Source of the DNA: Rubripirellula sp.
GTDB taxonomy: Bacteria; Planctomycetota; Planctomycetia; Pirellulales; Pirellulaceae
Direction of reading: 5' to 3'
DNA: 64,000 nt
NCBI GenBank assembly: GCA_965216875.1
Contig: OZ244207.1
Coordinates: 2,048,001-2,112,000, forward strand
Of this stretch, positions 20,320 through 30,134 are shown in pieces. Position 1 is the stretch's first letter; every line of letters begins with the position of its first letter. Made by a program: the position numbers and the translations under genes. Under the pieces are notes generated by a model. That model was not told where the DNA came from, made no database searches, and saw nothing but the letters and a program-made list of their open reading frames with translations.

Positions 20320-20789
20320 CGCCGACTTTCATCCCATTCCGAATACGGCATCAGTGAAAGCTGAGAGTTGTAGTACTTGCGTTGGTCGGTCACTTCTTCG
20401 CCGACCCAGTCAGGTTTTTCGAACGTTTGGTCTTCGCTCTCGAGTTCGATCTCGGCGACGACGAGCCCTTCGTTCACGCCGTGGAACTCATCAATCTCCC
20501 AAGTCATGCCGGCGTGTTCGATGATACGACGCGTCTTTTCAATGAGAGGTTGTTCACAAAGCCCCAGTATTTCCTTTGCGTCTTCGATCGGGACTGGGTA
20601 CTCAAACTCAGCTCGCGACGCGCCTTCTGAGATTCCCTTGACGGTGATGAAGGCCGAGTCACCGCCGATGCGAACGCGAACGGTCCGATGAGGATCTCGG
20701 TTGAGGTAGCCCTGTGAATAGGACTTGGCCTCGGCTTCTTGCCAACCTTCGCCCGAGACCAAGAATTTTCGTTCAATTTCGGTCGCCAT
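20316..20789 (-). CDS. CYTH domain protein (inorganic triphosphatase-like)
   Basis: MATEIERKFLV (ExExK), QGYL, TVRVR, EFEY, IEKTR, WEIDEF, AEIEL. Confidence 0.95.
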   Translation of the reverse strand: MATEIERKFLVSGEGWQEAEAKSYSQGYLNRDPHRTVRVRIGGDSAFITVKGISEGASRAEFEYPVPIEDAKEILGLCEQPLIEKTRRIIEHAGMTWEIDEFHGVNEGLVVAEIELESEDQTFEKPDWVGEEVTDQRKYYNSQLSLMPYSEWDESRR

Positions 20790-20952
20790 CGAGGATTCCT
20801 TCATCGGTGGTACTCGCGTCATTCGACCGTCCAATCGGCTCAAAATGACCACGACTTACGTTTCTGCGGGAATTCCATAGAATAGCAAATCTTTCTTGTC
20901 AGACCTGGCCCGTCGTGGTCACCTCAACATCGTTTTTCTCCCCCGTGAGTTC

Positions 20953-22038
20953 ATGACCCAATCATTCAATATTGTTGTTCTTGGCGGAGACGGCATTGGC
21001 CCCGAAGTTTGTGATCAAGCTGTTCGATTGCTTCAAGAGATTGAGCCGCACCTATCGGGAGTTTCGTTCGCATTCGATCAACACAATGTGGGTGCAGGCG
21101 AGTATCTAAAGAACGGCGACGCGCTTCCAGAAGCCGCGTTTCAGGCGTCGAAAAACAGCGACGCTGTTTTGCTTGGCGCGATGGGCATTCCCGATGTGCG
21201 CTATCCGAACGGCAAGGAGATTGCACCACAGCTTGACCTTCGCGAGCGACTCGAACTCTACGGCGGTATCCGACCGATTCGTCTATACAACGAAGTCGAT
21301 ACTCCCTTGAAAGGCTACGGCAAGGACGACATCGACTTTGTCTTAGTCCGCGAAAGCACCGAAGGATTGTTCTATGGGCGCGACGCAGTTGCCGATGTGA
21401 CGGCAGATGTCGCTGAGAACGCACTTCGTGTGACCCGTGAAGGTTGCCAGCGTGTGTGTCGATTGGCCTTTGAAACGGCTCGCCAACGCAACAAAGAAAA
21501 GCGGGTCACCTTGATTGATAAGGCAAACGTGCTATCGACCATGGTCTACTTCCGCCATGTCTTCGACGAAGTTGCCAAAGACTATCCAGACATCACAGCG
21601 GATCATTGCTACGTCGACGCTTCGGCACTTTTCATGGTTCGCAAGCCGAATACGTTCGACGTGATGGTGACCGAAAACATGTTCGGCGACATTCTCAGCG
21701 ATCTCGCTGCAGGACTCGTTGGCGGAATGGGCATGGCTCCTTCAGCCGATATTGGGGCCGACGCTGCTGTTTTCCAGCCTTCACATGGCTCGGCCCCCGA
21801 TATCGCTGGCAAGGGCATCGCGAACCCAATCGCGATGATCTTATCGGCCGCGATGATGCTCGAGTGGTTCGACAACGACGAAACCAAGCGAGGTGCGAAA
21901 GCACTTTACGAGGCGGTTGCCAACGTACTGGCCGATTCGAACGCTCGCACGCCCGACATGGGCGGGCAAATGTCGACAACGGATATGACCGACGCGATTT
22001 CAGCCGAGCTGGCACGCACGAGCCAACCGGTTGGTTGA
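20953..22038 (+). CDS. Isocitrate/isopropylmalate/tartrate dehydrogenase family protein
   Basis: GDGIGPEV, DKANVL, TENMFGDILSD, HGSAPDIAGKGIANP; substrate loop differs from canonical LeuB. Confidence 0.92.
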   Translation: MTQSFNIVVLGGDGIGPEVCDQAVRLLQEIEPHLSGVSFAFDQHNVGAGEYLKNGDALPEAAFQASKNSDAVLLGAMGIPDVRYPNGKEIAPQLDLRERLELYGGIRPIRLYNEVDTPLKGYGKDDIDFVLVRESTEGLFYGRDAVADVTADVAENALRVTREGCQRVCRLAFETARQRNKEKRVTLIDKANVLSTMVYFRHVFDEVAKDYPDITADHCYVDASALFMVRKPNTFDVMVTENMFGDILSDLAAGLVGGMGMAPSADIGADAAVFQPSHGSAPDIAGKGIANPIAMILSAAMMLEWFDNDETKRGAKALYEAVANVLADSNARTPDMGGQMSTTDMTDAISAELARTSQPVG

Positions 22039-22148
22039 TGCCGATCGGTCTGTGCACAGCGTTGGTCGATTTCTTGGGCCAACTACAATAGGGCAAACCG
22101 GTGACCAAGCAGGCCATCGGAATACCTGAATCTCAGGATGCGTCCTTC

Positions 22149-23477
22149 ATGTCTCGTCGAATCAGTCCGGTTTTCGCAGCTCTACTGGCGATTGCCGTTG
22201 TCGGGTGCGGGGCGCGCGAGAGGGCGGAAGTTCCACAACCGCAGACGGATCAAAGCGATCGCGACCCCGACGGTCAGCTTCAATCTGCGATTCGAATGCT
22301 TGAAGCCGGCGATGAAGAAGAGGCAGTCAAGCAAATTGAACGCTTGGCGCGAAAAAAGGAACCGCATCTTCCGGCGTGTCGGTTTATGGTCAACCGCCTC
22401 GTGCGAAGTGGGGCTTACACCGAGGACGTGCAAGAGCTTCAGGAGCTGACGTATTACTTGAAGGTAGTGGCCGATTCGGGGGACGCATCAGCCCGCATCG
22501 CTCTCACCCAGATTCTGATAGCCGGCAATCTGCCTGAGCAAGCAATCGAGCAACTTCAACAAGTCGTCTCTCAGCGGCCATCGATGAATCTGCTCTTGGC
22601 GCAACTCTTAGAGGCAGAGGGACGTCAACGAGAGGGGCGGCTTGCAGCGCAGCTCGCGGCCGAGCACTTTGACGGTTTGCTGAAGCAGGATTCAGACAAC
22701 GAGTCGGTTAGGCTCTCGCTCGCTTCGAGTCTGGTTGCCATGGGGCGACTCAAGGCGGCGGCCGATTCGTTGGAGCCAAAGGCGGGTGAAAGTCCGGCGG
22801 TGCGAGACGCGTTGATCGTCGTCTTGCTTCGAATGGCCGATTCGGAACGTGGCGACCAAGATCGCCAACTTGAGGCAGTCGCTGCGCTTGCCCGAGCACT
22901 CAAATACGACAACGGAAGTATCGGTGCGTGGTCGCGGATTTACCCGCTGAGTAAACAAAACGATGAAGCGGCCAGGGCGGCTCAACGGCTGGTTGCGGCT
23001 GCGGAACGGTCCAAGGAAGCCAACGCCGTGCTAAATCTGGTTCGGGGTTCCTATGCGTTCAACGACGGAGATGTCGATCACGCGGTCGAAGCTCTTGAAT
23101 CGGCTTATGCGTCGTGTCCGGAAAAGGTCGAGATCGCGAACAACTACGCCTGGTATTTGGCTCACTGTGATCCGCCGCGCTACGAGCGTGCCATCGAAGT
23201 CGCCAGCACGCTGGTCGATTCGCACCCCGACCGGCTTGAGTTTCGTGAGACGCGAGGTCAGATCCTTGCCTTGATGAATCGCGATGCCGAAGCGATCGAA
23301 GACCTGCAGGCGGCACTCAAAGCGATGCCGCGTCATGAGCCGCTGATCGAAACTTTGTTGAAAGTTTACGAGCGGCAGGGCGCGAAAAAGAAAGCGGAGC
23401 AACTTCGTGCGTTACCCAATAAGCCGCCACCGATCGAGGTGGAGAATATCTTTGAGCTGCTTGAGCTGGAAGGTTAG
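22149..23477 (+). CDS. TPR-repeat putative lipoprotein
   Basis: Lipobox AVVGC; NNYAWYLA...ETRGQIL TPR motifs. Confidence 0.85.
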   Translation: MSRRISPVFAALLAIAVVGCGARERAEVPQPQTDQSDRDPDGQLQSAIRMLEAGDEEEAVKQIERLARKKEPHLPACRFMVNRLVRSGAYTEDVQELQELTYYLKVVADSGDASARIALTQILIAGNLPEQAIEQLQQVVSQRPSMNLLLAQLLEAEGRQREGRLAAQLAAEHFDGLLKQDSDNESVRLSLASSLVAMGRLKAAADSLEPKAGESPAVRDALIVVLLRMADSERGDQDRQLEAVAALARALKYDNGSIGAWSRIYPLSKQNDEAARAAQRLVAAAERSKEANAVLNLVRGSYAFNDGDVDHAVEALESAYASCPEKVEIANNYAWYLAHCDPPRYERAIEVASTLVDSHPDRLEFRETRGQILALMNRDAEAIEDLQAALKAMPRHEPLIETLLKVYERQGAKKKAEQLRALPNKPPPIEVENIFELLELEG

Positions 23478-24601
23478 GGCAACGGTGTTGTTGTGGCCCG
23501 GCGACGATAGCCGATGCCTACGCACAACCCGATCGCCAAGAGTGCGATTGCCATACTTGGTTCGGGTACCGCAGCCACCTGGTTGTAGTGCCAATTGGCC
23601 GAATCGTTGAAAAAGATCGATCCAGCTGTTAATTGGATGTCGGCGTGGGCACCGACGCTGATAATAGAACCGCCCGTTTGAGCAGCAGCGAAGTTCGTTT
23701 TTGAATTGTCGAAGTCGATCACGATGTCCGCTCCACCAACATCAACCGTTCCGATGTAGTTGAGCTGCAAGGTGTAATCGTCAGCTGTTCCCGCGATACT
23801 GTCGATACCCGATTGAGCGTAGCGAAGTCCGGCCACATCGTCGTGTCCAAGTGTGCGCTGGACTTCGTTGTTCGCCGATCCTTGATTGAGCACCGCTTCG
23901 GTGTTGTCTGGGATCAGGCCAAGTGTTGACGCGTTCTGCCGACTTGACGTAGCCGAATAGAGATCGCCAGCGGGAAGGTCTGCCAAGTCGCGTGAATAGG
24001 TCGTTGAGTCAACCACGGAATCAATCGTAAAGGGATTGTTCTGGTCGGCCGCCGTTCCGGAAGTCCGGAAGTAGTTCAAATTGACGTCGTCTCCACGCAC
24101 ATCGTCTCGCGTTCCGACAACCCCATCCACTCCTGCCGCGAACTCGTAGACATTGTTTGGTCCACGAAGCGAAAAGGTGTAGTCCGAATTCAAGATCGAG
24201 TTGGATCCCATATTGGGATGCGCTAGTCCCAGAGCATGCCCCATCTCGTGCAGCAGGACGGTTTCAAAATCAATTGCGCCTACCGGAATGTTGGTGAAGT
24301 CTTGAATCAAGTTTCCGGTGGTTGGAACGAGGCGATTCCATGTGTTGACGACGTTTTGGACCGAGGTCGCCATCAGTGCTGTGTTTGAGACGCCTTTGTC
24401 CATCGATGTGGCGTCGATGCCAACAGTAACCGTTACGAGGCCGCCGGTCCCGTTGTAACCACGGGGGTGCGCGACAATGTTGGCATCGAGAGTGGAAGCA
24501 AAGCTGAAGGCGAATGCGTCAGCCTTGGGAGGATCGATTTGAGTCAGGCAGAACGCCAGACATAGACCCAAAAGGCCCCGCCACGTGCTGTCAGAAAACA
24601 T
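23474..24601 (-). CDS. PEP-CTERM-sorted metzincin (matrixin/M10-like) metalloprotease
   Basis: Signal peptide, HEMGHALGLAH zinc motif, LGHDDVAGL, C-terminal VPEPS + TM + RRR. Confidence 0.9.
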   Translation of the reverse strand: MFSDSTWRGLLGLCLAFCLTQIDPPKADAFAFSFASTLDANIVAHPRGYNGTGGLVTVTVGIDATSMDKGVSNTALMATSVQNVVNTWNRLVPTTGNLIQDFTNIPVGAIDFETVLLHEMGHALGLAHPNMGSNSILNSDYTFSLRGPNNVYEFAAGVDGVVGTRDDVRGDDVNLNYFRTSGTAADQNNPFTIDSVVDSTTYSRDLADLPAGDLYSATSSRQNASTLGLIPDNTEAVLNQGSANNEVQRTLGHDDVAGLRYAQSGIDSIAGTADDYTLQLNYIGTVDVGGADIVIDFDNSKTNFAAAQTGGSIISVGAHADIQLTAGSIFFNDSANWHYNQVAAVPEPSMAIALLAIGLCVGIGYRRRATTTPLP

Positions 24602-24888
24602 GAGAAAAGCTTGAGAAGAGGAGTTGGGCACCGCGACCACGATGATAGTTCGGGACGACCTCAAGTCGATCCAATCACCAATGAATTTGGAGCCGGAACC
24701 GGGAGGTGACAATTGTACACGCTTGGTGATGTCGGCGAGAAGCCCTCGGTCCTCTACAATGACGCAGTTGGCGTTCCCTTGGAGCGAGCTAGGGAAACGC
24801 CGCGATCCACCGACAGATGGCGTAGGGAGCTCGGGAATCGCCCGATCGTTTGAGCCATTCGTTTCCAACCGAGAAGGATTTGTTGGAT

Positions 24889-26172
24889 TTGACGTACCGA
24901 CAGCTGATTGCCGTGATTGCTGCGATGGCGTTTGTCATCCCGGCCGGGCGCGTTTTGATTGCGGCCGAGCCGCCTCAGGACAGTGAGGTTGCCCCTGACC
25001 CTCAGATTCCTGACCCTCCGATCCGCGACCCGCAGAATGAAGTTGCCGAAACGGGGCAAGGTGACTCCACACGAGCGGTCGCCGGGGGAGACGGCGAACT
25101 GCAGTTGCCGCCCAAAACTCGCGTCGAAGCTCCCAGTCACCAGCCGAGTCACTGGGTCAAACAGCTCAATAGCCCTCAGTTCCTCCGTCGCGAACTCGCC
25201 AGCCGCAAATTGGTCGAAGCGGGCGCTAAAGGGGTTGCCGCGATCGACGATGCAATGCGATCTGGCGACCTCGAAACGATCGAACGCTGCGTCGATATCC
25301 TCACCGAAATCGCTCTGGCGACTCCTCCTGATTCTGACGGTGGTGCGTTCGGATCGCTCGAGGCGACGGCTGAATCCGCAGCGGGAGTCCGCGCGGAGCT
25401 GGCGCGACACGCGGTAACGGAGGTGCGTGATCATCGTGCGAAACAGGCCAAGGGTGCGTTGACGGACGCAGGCATCTTTGTGGGCAATGACGAATTCATC
25501 GTTCGCGCTGTGAGTCGGATGCGGACCATGATTCAGATCGACACTTCCTGGAATGGCGAGCCTGATTCGTTGCAATGGTTGCGTTGGCTCGAGGAGGTTG
25601 AGTTTGCTCGCATCAAAGGAAAGGCAGTCAACCAAAAGGTAATCGAGCGACTCGTTCAGATTCCTGATTTGCGGACCATCGCTTTGGTTGACGCCGAGGT
25701 TGACCAAGCCACGCTCGAGCCATTGTTGGAAATGGATCGCATCCACTCACTCGAGTTTCGGTACGTACGACTGACTCCCGAAATGTGTGACTTGATCGCG
25801 AAGATGCCGATCCGCGTTTCCTTGAACCTGATGGGTACTGGCGTCTCGACCGAACGGGTCGAGCAGCTTCGGCAGACGCTTCCGGGCCTCTCCATCGAAC
25901 ACCGCCAGGGAGGGTTCTTGGGCGTCACCTGCTATGACGTTGACGAAGAATGCATGATCAATGGCGTCGTACCTGGTGGAGCGGCCGAAGAAGCTGGCTT
26001 GATCGAAGGTGATGTCGTGGTTCACATCGCTGGTCATCGGGTGAACCGGTTCAAAGACCTACAAAATGCGATCAACCAGCATCTGCCTGGCGATGAGATC
26101 GAGGTGCGATTTCGGCGCGGTATGAAAATCTTGAGCGTCAAGCTAAAACTGCGACGAATGAAACACAAATAG
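24889..26172 (+). CDS. Secreted PDZ-domain protein with HEAT-like and LRR-like segments
   Basis: Signal peptide; C-terminal GFLGV...VVPGGAAEEAGLIEGDVV PDZ; start uncertain (24850-24925). Confidence 0.85.
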   Translation: MTYRQLIAVIAAMAFVIPAGRVLIAAEPPQDSEVAPDPQIPDPPIRDPQNEVAETGQGDSTRAVAGGDGELQLPPKTRVEAPSHQPSHWVKQLNSPQFLRRELASRKLVEAGAKGVAAIDDAMRSGDLETIERCVDILTEIALATPPDSDGGAFGSLEATAESAAGVRAELARHAVTEVRDHRAKQAKGALTDAGIFVGNDEFIVRAVSRMRTMIQIDTSWNGEPDSLQWLRWLEEVEFARIKGKAVNQKVIERLVQIPDLRTIALVDAEVDQATLEPLLEMDRIHSLEFRYVRLTPEMCDLIAKMPIRVSLNLMGTGVSTERVEQLRQTLPGLSIEHRQGGFLGVTCYDVDEECMINGVVPGGAAEEAGLIEGDVVVHIAGHRVNRFKDLQNAINQHLPGDEIEVRFRRGMKILSVKLKLRRMKHK

Positions 26173-26233
26173 TCGCAGCTTCTTTCGCAACGACGATTGA
26201 TCAGACGCCATCCCTTCGCGCACGAGTCACAGT

Positions 26234-27373
26234 TTGCCTTCAGGTCCAGCACTTAAGGAAGTCCCGCAACATAACGCGGCGTGGCAGGACAGTGCGTGGC
26301 GTTCGCGCCTGCGACGGCGGCTTCTCGATTGGTTTTCGCAAAACGCACGCGAATTGCCATGGCGCAGCGATCCCAAACCGTATCACGTTTGGATTAGCGA
26401 GATCATGTTGCAGCAGACGCAGGTTGCAACGGTCATTCCCTATTTTGAACGGTTCCTGGATCGGTACCCGACGATTTCGGACCTCGCGAAATCGGACGAA
26501 CAGGAGCTGCTGGCACTTTGGGAAGGGCTTGGGTACTACCGCCGCGCACGATCGATGCACCGTGCGGCACAGGACGTCGTGCGTCTTCACAACGGCGTCT
26601 TTCCCGAAACCTACGACGAGGTGCTGGCACTGCCCGGGGTCGGTCGATACACGGCTGGAGCGATCCTTTCGATTTCGCGCAACCAGCGTCTGCCAATCCT
26701 GGAAGGTAACACCCAGCGATTGTTTAGTCGCTTGGTCGCCATGCGCGGCAATGTGACCGACAAACCAAACGTCGATCTGTTGTGGCAAATCTCTGAAGCG
26801 TTATTGCCCCGATCCAACTCGGGCACGTTCAACCAAGCGGCGATGGAACTGGGCGCGTTGGTCTGCACGCCCAAAAACCCGCGATGCGATACCTGTCCGC
26901 TGAAGGCAAGCTGCGCGGCAAGAGCGGCCGGATTGCAGAACGAGATTCCGGGCAAAGTAAAGAAGATCAAGTACGAAACGCGTGATGAGTTTGCGTTCGT
27001 CTTTCAAAAGACAATCAAACATCGACAGTGCTTCCTGATGCGAACCTTGCCGCCCGGCGGTCGATGGGCCGGACTCTGGGACTTCCCACGAGCGACAAGC
27101 AAGTCGTTCGGCAGTGTCGATGAAGCAAAGGGTGAAATCGAAACTGAATTGGGCGTGTCGATTCAACCAGGCCAGAAACTCAAGACCCTCAAGCACGCGG
27201 TCACCAAATACCGCATTTCTCTGCATGTCCACGACGCAACGATCGCCAAGCGGTCACCGCCGATCAAAAAGCCATGGCGCTACGTCAGCATCGAAGACTT
27301 TGCCGATTTGCCGATGAGTGTCACCGGACGGAAGATTGCCGAGGCACTGATAACGCAACACGCGTCGAATTGA
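26234..27373 (+). CDS. mutY: A/G-specific adenine DNA glycosylase MutY
   Basis: WISEIMLQQTQV, WEGLGYY, HhH LPGVGRYTA, Fe-S motif CTPKNPRCDTCPLKASC, C-terminal NUDIX-like domain. Confidence 0.96.
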   Translation: MPSGPALKEVPQHNAAWQDSAWRSRLRRRLLDWFSQNARELPWRSDPKPYHVWISEIMLQQTQVATVIPYFERFLDRYPTISDLAKSDEQELLALWEGLGYYRRARSMHRAAQDVVRLHNGVFPETYDEVLALPGVGRYTAGAILSISRNQRLPILEGNTQRLFSRLVAMRGNVTDKPNVDLLWQISEALLPRSNSGTFNQAAMELGALVCTPKNPRCDTCPLKASCAARAAGLQNEIPGKVKKIKYETRDEFAFVFQKTIKHRQCFLMRTLPPGGRWAGLWDFPRATSKSFGSVDEAKGEIETELGVSIQPGQKLKTLKHAVTKYRISLHVHDATIAKRSPPIKKPWRYVSIEDFADLPMSVTGRKIAEALITQHASN

Positions 27374-27383
27374 CGAAGCGGCG

Positions 27384-28739
27384 TTAAGGAATTGCTTTGA
27401 ACTCAATCATCTCAGCGGCCTTGAATCCGACATTCCACTTTGCGTTGAGTTCAACTTGCCCGACATGGCTGTCTTCGCCCAGTAGCGCCGTCGGCTGTTC
27501 GTTGATCACGCCATCGTGATCGACATGAACGTGTATTTGGTACTTTCCCGGTGGCAACCGTTTGGGATGCGTACGTGAATCGGCTTCATGGTCGACGATC
27601 ATGGACATCGTTCCATTGACAAGATGTCTCGGCGTCACCGTTCCCTGTGTGAAAGCGACAGGGTCAGTGTCAAAGGCTTGAGTCTGGTCATTCCAGCGAT
27701 GGGCGAAGAGTTGAACGACCGTTCCGACTTTCCAGTCGTCGGGGCACCCTTTCATACGCAGGACCTTTTGGGTCGGCACCCAATGTTGCTGGGGTAGGTC
27801 GGAAACGGTTTTGAACTGGCCCTGCTTCGAGGCTGAGTAGTCTGCAATCCAACCAACGATGGCTTTGTAGGATTGGTCATTCAGGTGCATTTTGAGTCCG
27901 CCCATGTGCGAAACCGGCAGCGTTGCTGAGGGTTTCGCAAAGGTTCCGTCCTCATTCTTGGGCGGCAGTTTCGAGGTTGGTTTCAGCACAAGCAGACTCA
28001 TCGACGGTTCCTCGAAGTTGAGCATCGGGAAGTGCTCGTCGCTCTTTTTGCGGCTGCTCGCGATGAGCGATCGCATTGTCGATTCGGGGGTCTTCGCAAA
28101 GAGATTCATCTTTGCACCGTACTTTGCAACAAACTCGCGATGACGCTCGGCCGGCTTGCGGTGCATTGGGTTCTTCGGATCGATCTCGTGCGGCGTGTGG
28201 CATGGAAAACAACGCATTCGCTGAGACCAAACGTTGCGTGTGAAAGAGGTGACGAGTCGGCTCTTGCGCGTGTGGCGAATCACCTCGTCGGGAACGGACG
28301 GGCCGATTGCTTGAATCGCTTCGGGCTTTTGCTCGAGGAGAGCTTCGTCTTTGCAGCAGGCCTCGATCCAAGCCGAAAAGGCGTTGAGTTCTGCGTCGCG
28401 ATTCTTTTTGTGGATTCGTCGCGCCATCGCATCGCGATCATCGGCCCCCATCTTTATCAAACGCAAGATCTTTGAATCGGCCGGAGAACTCGTGTCGATC
28501 AATCCTTGTTTTCGGAGGGATAGGAACGTCTCTGTGCTCGATGGCAGGATGTATTCCTTGAGGTCAACCGACGCGAGGTGGCATTGAACACAGCTGGATG
28601 GATTGGGCGACCGGAAAATCGGCATGATGCGTTGCTCAAACACATCCGCAGGAGCGCCATTCTCGGCCCAGGTGGGGCAGGGCAGAGAAGAAAATGACAG
28701 TGTCAAAGCGATCGCCAGTGTTGCAATGCGGTTCTTCAT
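27384..28739 (-). CDS. Secreted putative c-type cytochrome with two CxxCH motifs
   Basis: Signal peptide; FEQRIMPIF...CVQCH; CFPCH. Confidence 0.8.
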   Translation of the reverse strand: MKNRIATLAIALTLSFSSLPCPTWAENGAPADVFEQRIMPIFRSPNPSSCVQCHLASVDLKEYILPSSTETFLSLRKQGLIDTSSPADSKILRLIKMGADDRDAMARRIHKKNRDAELNAFSAWIEACCKDEALLEQKPEAIQAIGPSVPDEVIRHTRKSRLVTSFTRNVWSQRMRCFPCHTPHEIDPKNPMHRKPAERHREFVAKYGAKMNLFAKTPESTMRSLIASSRKKSDEHFPMLNFEEPSMSLLVLKPTSKLPPKNEDGTFAKPSATLPVSHMGGLKMHLNDQSYKAIVGWIADYSASKQGQFKTVSDLPQQHWVPTQKVLRMKGCPDDWKVGTVVQLFAHRWNDQTQAFDTDPVAFTQGTVTPRHLVNGTMSMIVDHEADSRTHPKRLPPGKYQIHVHVDHDGVINEQPTALLGEDSHVGQVELNAKWNVGFKAAEMIEFKAIP

Positions 28740-28772
28740 CGGGGCTCCCTTCGCAGTGTGGTGGAGCCTTTA

Positions 28773-29240
28773 TTAGACCGCGGCGTCCGCTGGTTTTCCA
28801 CAGTTTGTCTCAGTTCGATACCGGAACGATGAAACGGCCTGAGCGAGAAAGATGAGGATGAACACGAAGCCGACGACAACGGGCAGCATTGACTCGGGGC
28901 CTTTGTAGAGACTGTTGCCAAACGACGTGTCGGAAGTGCGAATGTCGAGAACCAGGTAAAAGGACTGCACGAGCAGCATGCAGCTACTGAAGAGTCTCTG
29001 AAATCGGAGCGATTCCACCTGTCCAGCAAGCGTGATCAACAGCCCAATGACCATCATGTCAACAAAATGGAAGAAGATGGCGTTGTGGTAATGGGGTGAA
29101 TCGAGTGTCGCTTGTGGCAAGCCGAACCTCGACATGTATTGAATGACGTCCTGCAAGAGAACGCTACCGGCCATCAGAACGTACATGATGCCAACAAACC
29201 AACATCCGTACTTGAATAGCTTGCTCTTTCGCGTAACCAC
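28773..29240 (-). CDS. Small 4-TM membrane protein, hypothetical
   Basis: Four hydrophobic segments; probable GTG start at 29240. Confidence 0.7.
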   Translation of the reverse strand: MVTRKSKLFKYGCWFVGIMYVLMAGSVLLQDVIQYMSRFGLPQATLDSPHYHNAIFFHFVDMMVIGLLITLAGQVESLRFQRLFSSCMLLVQSFYLVLDIRTSDTSFGNSLYKGPESMLPVVVGFVFILIFLAQAVSSFRYRTETNCGKPADAAV

Positions 29241-29452
29241 CGATTGTCCCCGTCGTTGGTGGGCGATTCCTAAAGAATGTCTGGACGGTATTCTCGCGAG
29301 CAATGCGTCGCCAAAACAAGTGAAATGCCAATCGATCGTCTGTGGCGGATAGACGCATCGACGTTGACGGTCCGTATGGGTATGCGGCGGGGTTACTTGA
29401 GTCGGGACCCGTGCAATGCGAATCAACGGACTTGCAAAACGAGGTGCGAATC

Positions 29453-30013
29453 ATGCGGTGGGTGATGGTTGGCTTGATGCTTGTTTGGTTTTGCAGTTTG
29501 GCGCCGCGTTCCCGCGGCGACTCGGGCCAAGATGAACAGCTCGCGGGAATTTGGTTTGGCGAAACGGTTAACGGAGTCCAAGCTCATCGTCTGCGTCAGT
29601 CGGTGTTGCTGATTCGCGGCGACAAATTGGTGATGATCGCGGGGACGGGCGTTGCCGTTTCAAGGTATTCCGCTTCCCAAGGCGAGATCAGCATCGAACG
29701 ATTTGACGGCCGATCGCAACCGGGACTCTACCAACTTGAAGATGGCTTGTTGAAGCTAACGTTGGGCGACGCCGAAGGAGTTCGGCCAACGCATTTGGAA
29801 CACAAGCCAGGTGACATTCAACTTGCGTTGCCGCGGCACGCCCACTACCGATTCACTCGGTCGCCAACGCGACGAGGACTGGAAGTGTTGAGCGACGCCT
29901 TGCAGGACCCGAAGGTCGTTGAATCGATGATGGATGAGGCAGAGATAGGATTGGTCAAGCTCGGGCGCTCTCGAACCCGAGTACAAGTGGGGGATCGCAA
30001 GCCATGCGACTGA
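29453..30013 (+). CDS. Secreted TIGR03067-like domain protein
   Basis: Signal peptide; LAGIW, GLYQLEDGLLKL, RP motifs. Confidence 0.7.
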   Translation: MRWVMVGLMLVWFCSLAPRSRGDSGQDEQLAGIWFGETVNGVQAHRLRQSVLLIRGDKLVMIAGTGVAVSRYSASQGEISIERFDGRSQPGLYQLEDGLLKLTLGDAEGVRPTHLEHKPGDIQLALPRHAHYRFTRSPTRRGLEVLSDALQDPKVVESMMDEAEIGLVKLGRSRTRVQVGDRKPCD

Positions 30014-30134
30014 ACTAGGAGCAGAGGATGAGACCTGGGTTCGCACTCTTGGCGAAGCGGTTGAAGTTCTCTTGGAAGAGGGCCGGTGAGCCTGACATAC
30101 TGCTCGACACTGATGAGTCACCCGCCAAACGAGG

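Noticed and set aside
20896..22038. Assigning the symbol leuB
   Set aside because: Catalytic-Tyr position and specificity loop deviate and there is no leu context; left at family level.
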